A DNA stretch of 64,000 nucleotides from an uncultured Alphaproteobacteria bacterium. GTDB lineage: Bacteria; Pseudomonadota; Alphaproteobacteria; SHNJ01. A model generated the notes under the pieces. That model worked only from the letters and a program-made list of their open reading frames with translations, had not been told where the DNA came from and searched no databases. A program made the position numbers and the translations under genes. Shown piece after piece: positions 28,501 through 37,084 of this stretch. The number at the start of each line of letters is the position of its first letter. The first letter of the stretch is position 1. Location: positions 52,633-116,632 of the forward strand of contig CAZYJI010000004.1 of assembly GCA_964647725.1 (NCBI GenBank). The letters run 5' to 3'.

Positions 28501-28995
28501 GTAAGGTATTTTTTCCGGCCATTCGAAAACCATGCGGTAAAAATCCGGGTGACGGGCGGAGCGGATTCTAACCGCGCCGGTGGACAATACCGGTTTTGGC
28601 GGTTTGGCCAATGCCTTGCCGTCCCCGGCCGCAGCGGCAGCGGATTTTGGCAATAACGTAACGGTTATGGTTTTGCCGATTTTTTCATCCATGATCGCAA
28701 CCGGATGCACAAGACCAACAATTAAGGTCTTTTTATCGGCGCTCAGGATTGCTTCGCTGACCAAGGATCGCAAAGCGGGTTTCAATTTGCGGGGATCTAT
28801 ATTTTGCGGAGCGTCGAAACGCACGATCAAGGATCCCCCGGCCAATTTCGCCGTGTAGGTTGTATCCGCATCTAAATCGAATTGAATGGTGGCGGCGCCG
28901 TCATGCATCGAAGCAGACACATTCGCCGCAAGCGCCAAGGACGGCGCCAGCAAAATTCCGATCAAACAAATTAGCAATCCAAGAAAACGGTGCAT
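25591..28995 (-). CDS. large secreted protein: AMIN-like N-terminal repeats, Pro-rich linker, C-terminal TPR-like helical repeats
   Basis: A signal peptide MHRFLGLLICLIGILLAPSLALA follows the ATG at 28995. The track starts 2 codons earlier at a TTG. The protein is 1134 aa and sits inside the flagellar gene cluster. Confidence 0.8.
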   Translation of the reverse strand: MHRFLGLLICLIGILLAPSLALAANVSASMHDGAATIQFDLDADTTYTAKLAGGSLIVRFDAPQNIDPRKLKPALRSLVSEAILSADKKTLIVGLVHPVAIMDEKIGKTITVTLLPKSAAAAAGDGKALAKPPKPVLSTGAVRIRSARHPDFYRMVFEWPEKIPYRVNEQGRQATVEFDAIVPIPDQELRKIKIPDCEMAAPIVLDAITKIQYECRDPISIRHYAKERAVVLDFAMPPPTAPVKKPEVTAAPPADTSPVEAKPAEPPKPEIPVDPKEEAKFAMPTTDLNPVVEQPTPIEQIAPPLVEEAADDPLEVQNVELVVSKTNTVLSFKAIWPKSVGMAIFKRAGYAWMVFDRPANMIMNPETQSVLNIIGGMEIIKGPTSTALRIHTVMGLEPTAQATPDRRSWQIDYKSQKIRPAVTIPAEYKEFADRQFGLYLTVPSSGRVMQLNDPEVGDQIIVATVNVPGRGVNGERDFSEFTLLPSSQGIAITPKIAGIEIRPDFDGFMVVKKSGVLLLAQNKPVEVTDPNKTNQKDVYGPWINEGPPSNPAILKYAEWRGDPRKNFFDKEQDLLAQIGSLKTDERIDKRMELAKLYYSHGWMAEAIAVMNVNAKWDETLARGAEFLAIRGSAYIIEQNYKQATEDLRDQRFDEQPDIATWRAVLAVQQNDWAASDQYFTMSDQPNDAPPANAKKMIGLAQIESEINNNHSDQAKTIIDRLNQDAELVKMHDILNYWRGEIAMRESKPEDAVKLWESVLKSEEPYARPRAEFALIKHGEATGGLKREDIIARLERLRFAWRGDKFEFNVLQMLGRMQIQDGLYREGLFTLRRAVTNYADQPYVVELTDMMTDTFKKLFMDGAADNMPPLTALGLFDEFRDLTPTGPDGDKIIQRLVDRLIAVDLLERAADLLSHQISYRLQGEDKARVGAKLAFVYIADRKPEEAVKALDLSNAPQIPADLATERRLLKARALFDQNKPQEALDFIAAEKGRESDMLRADIYWRMRNWAMVAQKLNRLIVESLDDEAKQQQESGEPPSAEPAKLPPQTAQWVLNLAIAAALDGDDDVLKHIKRSYWARMKTMPQFEAFEIITNVDANEPLSLAELTGKLDEAVKYENFMSFYREKIKKGTFAIN

Positions 28996-29020
28996 GAACA
29001 AGCCAATATTAGGGTAAATT

Positions 29021-29029
29021 ACTATACCA
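29021..29029 (-). promoter_or_regulatory. extended -10 element TGGTATAGT upstream of the 1134-aa gene
   Basis: The minus strand reads aTGGTATAGTaatttaccctaa. It ends about 26 nt before the ATG. Confidence 0.35.
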
Positions 29030-29126
29030 TATTCGGTTCATCAGAACGGGCTTATCCCACTTTAAAGATTATATTTTTTGCAACTGTGGGATTATCGCGC
29101 CGGGGCAACGAAGGGATTCTAAACGG

Positions 29127-29513
29127 CTAGAACGGCCCCAATACACTGGTCAATTTATTTTTAAGCGTATCGGCATTAAACGGTTTCAGGATAAAGTTTG
29201 AAACGCCGGCTTGTTTGGCTTTCATCACATCGTCCGGCTTACTGTCGGATGCGACCATGATGAATGGAATTCTTTTCAATTTTTCGTCGGCGCGGATAGT
29301 TTTCAATAACTGCAAGCCATCCATCGGCTCCATCCCCCAATCTGATATTACCAGACCGAAATCATCATTACGCAATTTCGCCAATGCGGTTTTGCCATCG
29401 GTCGCCTCTTCGATGTTGCGAAAACCCAGCTGGCTTAATAGCCCGCGCAAAATGCGCAGCATGGTTTTGTAATCGTCGACTATTAAAATTGGGATTTCCT
29501 TGTCAACTGCCAT
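29127..29513 (-). CDS. cheY: CheY-like single-domain response regulator
   Basis: 128 aa with ILIVDDY, LVISDWGMEPMDG and ILKPF receiver motifs. Confidence 0.9.
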   Translation of the reverse strand: MAVDKEIPILIVDDYKTMLRILRGLLSQLGFRNIEEATDGKTALAKLRNDDFGLVISDWGMEPMDGLQLLKTIRADEKLKRIPFIMVASDSKPDDVMKAKQAGVSNFILKPFNADTLKNKLTSVLGPF

Positions 29514-29523
29514 GGAACCCAGC

Positions 29524-30285
29524 CTATTGTGATTTAGGTGGTGGCGGTGTGCCCGGTTGCTCGGATTGCAAACCAGGGATATCTTTCTTCGTGGCCAATT
29601 CTGTGGTCAATTTTGCCGCCTTCATCGGATCCATTGCCGCCATAATCGGCGCCAATTTTGCTTCTTTCAGATTACGCGCAATGCGCACTTGTAAATCCAA
29701 GCCCAAATTGTCGAACCGCGCAGCGGCGTCTTTTGGTTTCATGGTTTCATAGGTTTTAACCAGGCTTAGCAGGCTTTCTTTTTCTTTGTTGTTCAGGTTG
29801 CTGGTCATTTTTTCAAGTTCGGATTTCGTGGCTTCTAATTCCGCCTTAAAGGTTTTCAATTCCGCCAATTTTTCTTCGATGCGCTGTTCGGTGATTTGCA
29901 ACAGACCTTCTTTTTGCTCGATCTGGCGTTCCCGTTCGTCCAATTGCGCCCGGCGCGCGGATAAGGATTGCAGAATATCCAATTCCGAATCGTTGAACAG
30001 CAATGGATCCGTCATGGTTTTAGATGGTTCTGGCGCGCCAGATGCCGCAGTTACGGGTTTTTCCGCAGGGGTTCCTTCCGCCGGTTTTTCAGCGGCAGCT
30101 GTGTCTGCGCCCTCTTTCGGTGCTTCTTCGGTTTTGGCCGCTTCGGCCGGTTTGGCTTCTTCTTTTGTGGCTTCGGCTTGCTGCGCAATCTCCTTGGATT
30201 CTGCCCAAATTGTTTCAATGCGTACGAACAGCATGAAGCAGCAGGTGAAAATCAAAAGCGGCAGGACGCGAATTTTTTCCAGCAT
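29524..30285 (-). CDS. motE: MotE-family flagellar protein (coiled coil plus MgtE_N-like C-terminus)
   Basis: Signal or TM helix, an Ala/Glu/Lys-rich region, a coiled coil, and a C-terminus MKPKDAAARFDNL...LAPIMAAMDPMKAAKLTTELA. Confidence 0.6.
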   Translation of the reverse strand: MLEKIRVLPLLIFTCCFMLFVRIETIWAESKEIAQQAEATKEEAKPAEAAKTEEAPKEGADTAAAEKPAEGTPAEKPVTAASGAPEPSKTMTDPLLFNDSELDILQSLSARRAQLDERERQIEQKEGLLQITEQRIEEKLAELKTFKAELEATKSELEKMTSNLNNKEKESLLSLVKTYETMKPKDAAARFDNLGLDLQVRIARNLKEAKLAPIMAAMDPMKAAKLTTELATKKDIPGLQSEQPGTPPPPKSQ

Positions 30286-30789
30286 CTATCGTAACCCTTT
30301 TAAAGCCTTTAATAGTTCTTTTTCCGCAGCCGATTGTCCCTCAGCTTCTTCCTGGAAGATATTTTCCAAGCTGCGCAAATCTTTTGTTTTAGCTTTTTTC
30401 TCAGCGGCTTGTGCCGATTTGCTCATCAAACCGGTTAAGTCTTGACCGGGCCGTTCGGTGCGCGATGAACTAATCGCGCCTTCTAATTGATTGGCCAGCA
30501 AATCGCCGCGTTCCAACATAAAGGTAATTTCGTCACGCAACGCACGCGCCTTGTCCACTTTTTCTTGCAACTCGCCGCCCATGATTTCCGATGTCTGTTT
30601 TAATCCTTTGATGCTGGCATCCGCCTTACTAGTGGCGTCATAAAATTTGCGCATCAGGCTTTCCATTTCTTCGCGGTCAGCGCGCAAAGCCTGAAGACGT
30701 TTATTCAGCATATAGGCATAAACAATCGTGACGCATAACAGCACCGCGATGACAATATCCAAACCTAGTGATAGCAATGACTGGTCCAT
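30286..30789 (-). CDS. TM plus coiled-coil flagellar-cluster protein (DUF6468-like)
   Basis: N-terminal TM helix (LGLDIVIAVLLCVTIVYAYML), then a coiled coil. The gene lies between fliM and motE. The family assignment is from memory. Confidence 0.55.
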   Translation of the reverse strand: MDQSLLSLGLDIVIAVLLCVTIVYAYMLNKRLQALRADREEMESLMRKFYDATSKADASIKGLKQTSEIMGGELQEKVDKARALRDEITFMLERGDLLANQLEGAISSSRTERPGQDLTGLMSKSAQAAEKKAKTKDLRSLENIFQEEAEGQSAAEKELLKALKGLR

Positions 30790-30790
30790 G

Positions 30791-31867
30791 TTATAAATTC
30801 GTCAACTTTCCTAATTTTCCATCGATGCGAACCGCCACGTTTTTGCCCTTGCGGCCGATTTTGGCGGAAAACATCGATAAATCGCCGCAACGCACTTCGA
30901 CCGGCGAATTGGGCTGTACATCCAGCATAATTTTATCGCCGATTTTCCAATTCATAATATCACCCAGCGGAATTATGACTTCGTCCAACACCGCGTGCAC
31001 CGGCATATCCGTGTACCAAAGTTCGGTGGCCAAATGGCTTTCCCAAATCGTATCGCGGCCGAATTTTTCGCCCATAAACATTTGCAAAAGCAATTCACGC
31101 ACCGGTTCCAGCGTTGCGTAAGGCAATAACAATTCCATCCGTCCGCCGCGATCATCCATATCGACGCGCAAGCGCGCCAGAATCGCGGCGTTCGCGGGAC
31201 GGGCGATCGTGGCAAAACGCGGATTGGTTTCAAGACGTTCCAGGCGGAATGTGACCGGGCTTAATGGATCGAATGCGGCGGTCAAATCGCCCAAAATAAC
31301 GTTGGCCATACGTTCGACCAGATTGCGTTCGATGGTCGTATATGGACGGCCTTCGATACGCATCGCGGCCGTACCGCGCCGACCGCCAAGCAAAACGTCG
31401 ACGATAGAATAAATTAGCGACGAATCGATAACCACGAGACCGTAATTATCCCATTCTTCAGCCTTGAACACGCCCAGCATTGCCGGCAATGGAATCGAAT
31501 TCAAATAATCGCCAAAGCGAATCGATGTGATATTATCCAGCGACACCTCGACGTTATCGGATGTCAAGTTACGCAAAGATGTGGACATAACGCGCACCAG
31601 GCGGTCGAACACAACCTCGAGCATTGGCAGGCGTTCATAAGACACCATGCCGGAATTGACGATCGCTTGGATGCCGGATGCGGCGGCGGCTTCGCTGCCG
31701 GCTTCGTCGAATCCGAGCAAGCTGTCGATTTCATCTTGGTTTAAAACGCGGCTACTCGCCGCCTCGTTTAGGGCTACTTGGTCGTCCCAACCGGCTTCGC
31801 CTTCTTTGGGCGCGCCTTCTTCGCCTTCGGCGGGCTTTGCTTCTTCTTCTGGTTTATCGTCGGCCAT
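30791..31867 (-). CDS. fliM: flagellar motor switch protein FliM
   Basis: LNQDEIDSLLGFD is the CheY-P binding N-terminal motif. A FliM middle domain and a SpoA-like C-terminus follow. Confidence 0.93.
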   Translation of the reverse strand: MADDKPEEEAKPAEGEEGAPKEGEAGWDDQVALNEAASSRVLNQDEIDSLLGFDEAGSEAAAASGIQAIVNSGMVSYERLPMLEVVFDRLVRVMSTSLRNLTSDNVEVSLDNITSIRFGDYLNSIPLPAMLGVFKAEEWDNYGLVVIDSSLIYSIVDVLLGGRRGTAAMRIEGRPYTTIERNLVERMANVILGDLTAAFDPLSPVTFRLERLETNPRFATIARPANAAILARLRVDMDDRGGRMELLLPYATLEPVRELLLQMFMGEKFGRDTIWESHLATELWYTDMPVHAVLDEVIIPLGDIMNWKIGDKIMLDVQPNSPVEVRCGDLSMFSAKIGRKGKNVAVRIDGKLGKLTNL

Positions 31868-31884
31868 CCATCAAACCTTTCAGC

Positions 31885-32430
31885 CTATTGCACCAAAATC
31901 TCTTTGAATAAAACGTCGTGAATTTTAATCGGCTCTGTCACCACATTCACCCGCGCCAGCAATTCTTCGCGCAAACGGTAAATACCGGCGGAACCTTGTA
32001 AATCCTCAACTTGCAACCCGCGCAAATATACTTGGAATTTATCCACGATACGCGGCGTAATTTTTTCAAGCTCGGTTTTTTCTTCTTCTTTTTCCACCTG
32101 CAAACTTATGGAAATTTTCATAAACGTGTTTTTCTTGCCTGTCGCGGAAAGATTCACGATAATTTCCGGCAAATCAAAATAAACGAAGTTTTCAATTTTC
32201 TTAGGCTCTTCCGGCGCTGCTTCCGCGTGTTCCGCATCGCCATGGCCGCCCAGCAGGCCCGAAAAATATAATCCAGCGCCGATACCCAATAACGCCACGA
32301 TCGGCAGCACGATGAATAAAATCAATTTCTTCTTTGATTTTTTACCGCCACCTTCGCCTTCGGCAGGCGCGCCTTCTTCGCCTTCTTTTTTCTCTTCTTC
32401 TTTTTTGTCTTCTTTTTTATCGTCGGCCAT
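31885..32430 (-). CDS. fliL: flagellar basal body-associated protein FliL
   Basis: Charged N-terminus, a single TM helix, and a C-terminus FQVYLRGLQVEDLQGSAGIYRLREELLARVN typical of FliL. Confidence 0.88.
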   Translation of the reverse strand: MADDKKEDKKEEEKKEGEEGAPAEGEGGGKKSKKKLILFIVLPIVALLGIGAGLYFSGLLGGHGDAEHAEAAPEEPKKIENFVYFDLPEIIVNLSATGKKNTFMKISISLQVEKEEEKTELEKITPRIVDKFQVYLRGLQVEDLQGSAGIYRLREELLARVNVVTEPIKIHDVLFKEILVQ

Positions 32431-32690
32431 GATGATGCCTATAGACTAATGGGATAAACGCGGGACCAAGAAAACCTGTGTACCTACACTTACAGTATAG
32501 GAATTTGGTTAACAAATACTTGCGGACCAGCTGTATAACCGGTCCACAATAAGAAAATATTATCTCATTTCAATGCCTTGCAACAGTATTGGCAAGAAAT
32601 ACCAGGCAGAATCTACCATCCATAGTGCTAAATCCGTATCACCGTGCCATAGCACCATATTAAACTATTGATTTGTATGTAATTTAACTT

Positions 32691-32706
32691 TGGCACAGAA
32701 GCTGCA
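32691..32706 (+). promoter_or_regulatory. sigma54-type promoter (TGGCAC-N5-CTGCA) for flgFGAH
   Basis: The sequence is tggcacagaagctgca. It lies about 55 nt upstream of the flgF start. Confidence 0.6.
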
Positions 32707-32760
32707 ACTCCCAATCCAGAAAAAAATAAAAAGACGTTGTTTTTGGAAAGGGATTTTAAA

Positions 32761-33492
32761 GTGGAAAGCAGTTCTTATATTGCCATATCTCGACAATCGA
32801 CGCTGATGCGTCAGATGGAGATTATTGCCAATAACATCGCCAACGTTTCAACACCCGGCTTTAAATCCAACAGCCTGGCCTTCAAAGAATATTTAGCCAA
32901 AAATAATAATGGCCAAGAAACTTCATATGTTCAAGAATTAGGCGTTATCACCGATTTTTCCCAAGGCCCTATTACCCATACCGGCGCGGATTTCGATCTG
33001 GCCATTAATGGCGATGGATTTTTCACCGTCGGCACGGCGGTTGGAAACCGGTACACCCGCGATGGGCATTTCCGCCTGGATGGCAACGGCCAAATCGTTA
33101 CCGAGGCTGGCGACCCGTTATTGTCGGATGGCGGCGCCCCGATTGTGGTGCCTTCTGCGGCGGAAAATATCATTATTACCAAAGATGGCACCGTATATGC
33201 GGATAAAGACGCCATCGGCAAAGTCGGCTTGGTCGGATTTAAAAACCCAGAATTATTAGAACGCGAAAGCGCCGGTTTATACAGAATTCCGGAAGGATCC
33301 ACCGATGCCCCAGTCGCTATTGAACAACCAGCCATGGTTCAAGGCAGTTTGGAATCATCGAACGTCCAAAGCGTGACCGAAATGACCAAAATGATGAACG
33401 TGTCGAGATCGTATGAATCGGCACAAAAAATGATTGAACGCGAAGATGAACGGGTGCGTCAAGCTATCCGCCGTCTAGCCCAAATGCAATAA
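32761..33492 (+). CDS. flgF: flagellar basal-body rod protein FlgF
   Basis: ANNIANVSTPGFK rod motif plus a conserved C-terminus. I preferred the GTG start at 32761, which follows GGAAAGGGA. The track ORF begins at a TTG at 32737. Confidence 0.9.
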   Translation: MESSSYIAISRQSTLMRQMEIIANNIANVSTPGFKSNSLAFKEYLAKNNNGQETSYVQELGVITDFSQGPITHTGADFDLAINGDGFFTVGTAVGNRYTRDGHFRLDGNGQIVTEAGDPLLSDGGAPIVVPSAAENIIITKDGTVYADKDAIGKVGLVGFKNPELLERESAGLYRIPEGSTDAPVAIEQPAMVQGSLESSNVQSVTEMTKMMNVSRSYESAQKMIEREDERVRQAIRRLAQMQ

Positions 33493-33503
33493 GGAGAAAA
33501 AAC

Positions 33504-34289
33504 ATGCGTGCCCTAAGTATTGCAGCCACCGGAATGCTAGCCCAGCAAACCAACGTCGAGGTTATCTCGAACAACATTGCCAACTTGAATACCACCGGCT
33601 TTAAACGCAGCCGCGCGGAATTCCAGGATTTATTGTATCAAAGCATGCGCCGGGTCGGCGCGCAAAGCGGCGGCGGCGGCGAAATCGTCCCAACCGGCGT
33701 ACAAATCGGTCTTGGCGTTCAAACCGCGGCGGTATATCGCGTGCAACAACAAGGCGCCCTGTCCCCTACAGAAAATCCATATGATTTGGCTGTTAAGGGC
33801 AAAGGATTCTTCCAAGTATTATTGCCAAATGGCGAAACCGCTTATACGCGCGCTGGCGCATTTACTTTGAATGCCAGCGGCCAACTGGTAACGCAAGACG
33901 GATATCAAGTTCAACCCAGCATCACAATTCCCAGCGATGCAGTCGAAGTAACAGTTAATCAAGAAGGCGCTGTATTAGTCAAACAGGACGGGCAGACTGC
34001 TTTAAGTAACGTTGGGCAATTGGATCTGGCGACTTTTCCAAACGAGGCTGGATTAAGCGCTAACGGTAATAACTTGTACTTGGAAACCGAAGCATCCGGA
34101 GCGCCAGTAACCGGCCAGCCTAATACCACAGGCTTTGGCGCTATTTTGCAAAGCTATCTGGAATCTTCCAACGTGAACATTGTTTCGGAAATCACCACTT
34201 TGATTACCGCGCAACGCGCCTATGAGATGAATTCCAAAGTCATCGAAACCGGCGATCAAATGATGGGCACTATCAGCCAAATGCGCTAA
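33504..34289 (+). CDS. flgG: flagellar distal rod protein FlgG
   Basis: MRALSIAATGMLAQQTNVEVISNNIANLNTTGFKR and a C-terminus LESSNVNIVSEITTLITAQRAYEMNSK are canonical. Confidence 0.96.
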   Translation: MRALSIAATGMLAQQTNVEVISNNIANLNTTGFKRSRAEFQDLLYQSMRRVGAQSGGGGEIVPTGVQIGLGVQTAAVYRVQQQGALSPTENPYDLAVKGKGFFQVLLPNGETAYTRAGAFTLNASGQLVTQDGYQVQPSITIPSDAVEVTVNQEGAVLVKQDGQTALSNVGQLDLATFPNEAGLSANGNNLYLETEASGAPVTGQPNTTGFGAILQSYLESSNVNIVSEITTLITAQRAYEMNSKVIETGDQMMGTISQMR

Positions 34290-34315
34290 TCGAAGTAAAA
34301 TAAGGAATCTTTAAA

Positions 34316-35059
34316 ATGTCCCGCATCGTTTTTATTTGTTTGGTTTTATTGCCTCTCGCCTTCGGCGCCCGCGCCGAAGACAAGCTGGCGGTGACGCCGC
34401 GCGTGATTACCGATGCGGAAATCATCGCCGCCGTCAAAGCAGCGGCGCTGGATCAAGGTTTCAGCGGCAGCACCCAAATTAAGGTCAGCCGCAACGGTAA
34501 AAATCTGATCAGCACCAATGCCGACGATCAGGTGATAATCGACAAGTTGGACATTAACAAAGCGTCGCAAAGTTTTACCGCTGAAATCAGCCTTAGTGCG
34601 ACAGAACGTCAAAAAGCCAATCTTAATGGCCGGATCATTTCCATGGTCAGCGTTCCAGTGCTTAGCACGCAACGCAATGCCGGCGAGACGATCGAAGACG
34701 CCGATATCGCTTGGGTTGATATGGAACAAGCGACCTTAGGCAACAGCGCCATTACCAATATCGAACAATTGGTCGGCAAAACAGCAAGACGTTTGATCGC
34801 ATCCGGCACCGTGATTCGTTCCGGCATGGTCAGTGCGCCGTTGATTGTTCGCAAAAACGATCTAATTATGATGCTGTATCAAACAGCAAATTTGACCATT
34901 AGTCACCAAGCACGCGCTTTGTCCGATGGTGCGATGGGCGATACGATCCGCGCATTGAATACACAAACCAATAAAATACTGGATGCCGTCGTAACAGGTT
35001 CGGATCAAGCGACCGTTGGCATCAGCAGCAATTCTAAAAGATCTTTGGCATCGAAATAA
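34316..35059 (+). CDS. flgA: flagellar P-ring assembly chaperone FlgA
   Basis: Signal peptide plus a C-terminal SAF-like region (GKTARRLIASGTVIRSGMV...VRKNDLI). It lies between flgG and flgH. Confidence 0.85.
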   Translation: MSRIVFICLVLLPLAFGARAEDKLAVTPRVITDAEIIAAVKAAALDQGFSGSTQIKVSRNGKNLISTNADDQVIIDKLDINKASQSFTAEISLSATERQKANLNGRIISMVSVPVLSTQRNAGETIEDADIAWVDMEQATLGNSAITNIEQLVGKTARRLIASGTVIRSGMVSAPLIVRKNDLIMMLYQTANLTISHQARALSDGAMGDTIRALNTQTNKILDAVVTGSDQATVGISSNSKRSLASK

Positions 35060-35074
35060 GTGGGAGTCAGTATC

Positions 35075-35830
35075 ATGAAAAAACCTCATAAACATTATAA
35101 AACAGCTTTAATCGCAGCTTCCTGCGTATTATTGTCCGGTTGCGCAACATTGGACCGCCTGGCCGAAGTTGGCGAACCCCCTGCCCTTAGCATACCCGTG
35201 AATCCGACCATGCAATCGGGTTATCGCCCGGTTACCATGCCTATGCCAGCCGCAGTACCCGATACACGCGAAGTCAATTCTTTGTGGCGCGCGGGTTCCC
35301 GTTCGTTCTTTAAAGATCAACGTGCCGGACGGGTTGGCGATATTTTGACCGTGATGGTGCAAATTTCGGATTCGGCAAAATTGGATAACGATACCGAGCG
35401 TAAACGCCAAAATGACGAGTCTTTAGGCGTTCCCGGATTATTCGGTCTTGAAGCGGAATTAGGAAAAAAATTACCAGACGCGATTGATCCATCCAGCCTG
35501 TTAAGCACCACCAGCGATTTAAACAATAAAGGCGAAGCATCGATCGACCGGAAAGAAGATATCAATATCAAGGTCGCCGCTGTGGTTACCCAAGTTCTGC
35601 CCAACGGCAATCTGGTTATTCTTGGTAAGCAAGAAATCCGGGTTAATCATGAATTACGCGAACTGACCGTCAGTGGCATTATCCGCCCGGCGGACATCAG
35701 TTCGGTCAACTCTATTACTTCCGATAAAATCGCCGAAGCCAGAATTTCATACGGCGGCCGCGGCGTGATGAGCGATGTGCAGCAACCACGCTATGGCAGT
35801 CAAGTGCTGGATATTTTGTTGCCGTTCTAA
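35075..35830 (+). CDS. flgH: flagellar L-ring lipoprotein FlgH
   Basis: Lipobox LLSGC, NSLWRAGSRSFFKDQRA, and a typical FlgH C-terminus. The ATG at 35075 has GGGAG upstream. Confidence 0.93.
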   Translation: MKKPHKHYKTALIAASCVLLSGCATLDRLAEVGEPPALSIPVNPTMQSGYRPVTMPMPAAVPDTREVNSLWRAGSRSFFKDQRAGRVGDILTVMVQISDSAKLDNDTERKRQNDESLGVPGLFGLEAELGKKLPDAIDPSSLLSTTSDLNNKGEASIDRKEDINIKVAAVVTQVLPNGNLVILGKQEIRVNHELRELTVSGIIRPADISSVNSITSDKIAEARISYGGRGVMSDVQQPRYGSQVLDILLPF

Positions 35831-35865
35831 ATTTCAAAGTTTCTACTCCCCCCAAAAAAACTTAT

Positions 35866-35898
35866 ATGGCCGGATCAAACCGGCCATTTTTCTTTTTT
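35866..35898 (+). terminator. rho-independent terminator after flgH
   Basis: Stem atggccgg-atcaaa-ccggccat followed by tttttctttttt. Confidence 0.7.
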
Positions 35899-36078
35899 AT
35901 TCTTTTGTGGAATACGAAAGTATTCCGCTACGGGCGTATGAAAAAATACAAACACTCCTTATGGTTGTATGTTTTCTATTTACTACAACCTATATATTAG
36001 TAAGATCTTAGGCAACAAGTCCTATTATAGAAGAATGAGCGGACATCTTCATAGAAGCTGAGCACTGGTGTTATCGCT

Positions 36079-37080
36079 ATGTTAATCGGAATCACAGAAC
36101 ATCAAGCGGAAGAAGCATTGGTAGAATTGATTAAAGAAATCAATACCAACCATACTAGCGCGTGGAGCATTGTGAATATCCGCACCAGCTATTTAAACAA
36201 TCTGCCGCACGATCAATTCGTCCTGACTATAAAACCCGCCATGCACAGCGCCATTGATGCTAAAATATTTTTCATGGAAAATCAGGACATATATCTGGCC
36301 TGGTGTGGAATGCCCAAACGCATTTTTGAAAAACTACGCGGCATTATTATTCCGCATATGTTGAAATCCGAATTTCAAGAAACCACCGATGATGTAATAA
36401 CATATTTCGATGCCCAATTGATGGCAGATGAATTGTGCCTGTTTCTTAGAAAATTTTTGAAAGACGACCTCGACTTGCCTTTAATAAAAATTGCCGATGA
36501 TCCCGACAAATCCATGACATCATCTGCCAAGCTAGTCCCCCTAGACAGTCCATCCACACCCAAAACCCAACTTCGAGAAGCCGCCAAGCCTATGACCAGT
36601 AACGCTCCGCCTCTTACATCTGCGTCGCTTCGCTATAATGAAAATCAAATAGAAAATTTCCTAAGCACGAAACTACAAAGGGTTGGCAGACAGCAATTGC
36701 GCGTTTTAATTGTCGAAGACCAACTTTTTTCCAAACAGCTGCTATACGGCATTTTGGGATATAAGTTTCATGTCGATACCGCCGAAACAATTGCCGAGGC
36801 GTGGAGGATTTATCTGGATGTTGTGCCGGACATTGCCTTTATTGATATTGAACTCCCCGACGGCAACGGCCATGAACTGGCAAAAAGAATAATAGAGCTG
36901 GACAATGCCGCGTATTTGGTAATGGTCACGGCACACCATTCCGCAGATGACGTGGAAATAGCCAGGAAGAATAACGTCAAGGGGTTTGTTGTTAAACCGT
37001 TCAGCAAACAGAAAATACTTTCTTATGTGGAGCGTTATACTTCGTCTGACAAAAATCCCCGCATACACGCAAGAGGATAA
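36079..37080 (+). CDS. response regulator with C-terminal receiver and an uncharacterised N-terminal domain of about 200 aa
   Basis: The receiver domain shows RVLIVEDQ, IAFIDIELPDGNG and VVKPF. I recognise no family for the N-terminal 200 aa. Confidence 0.85.
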   Translation: MLIGITEHQAEEALVELIKEINTNHTSAWSIVNIRTSYLNNLPHDQFVLTIKPAMHSAIDAKIFFMENQDIYLAWCGMPKRIFEKLRGIIIPHMLKSEFQETTDDVITYFDAQLMADELCLFLRKFLKDDLDLPLIKIADDPDKSMTSSAKLVPLDSPSTPKTQLREAAKPMTSNAPPLTSASLRYNENQIENFLSTKLQRVGRQQLRVLIVEDQLFSKQLLYGILGYKFHVDTAETIAEAWRIYLDVVPDIAFIDIELPDGNGHELAKRIIELDNAAYLVMVTAHHSADDVEIARKNNVKGFVVKPFSKQKILSYVERYTSSDKNPRIHARG

Positions 37081-37084
37081 TTCC

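Noticed and set aside
28045-28656. 203-aa plus-strand ORF (and neighbours at 27959-28327 and 28083-28373)
   Set aside because: All are antisense to the Pro-rich linker region of the 1134-aa gene. They are Arg/Phe/Trp-rich shadow frames.
29786-30445. 219-aa plus-strand ORF
   Set aside because: It is antisense to motE and the DUF6468-like gene. It is Ser/Ala-rich low complexity that mirrors their coiled-coil codons.
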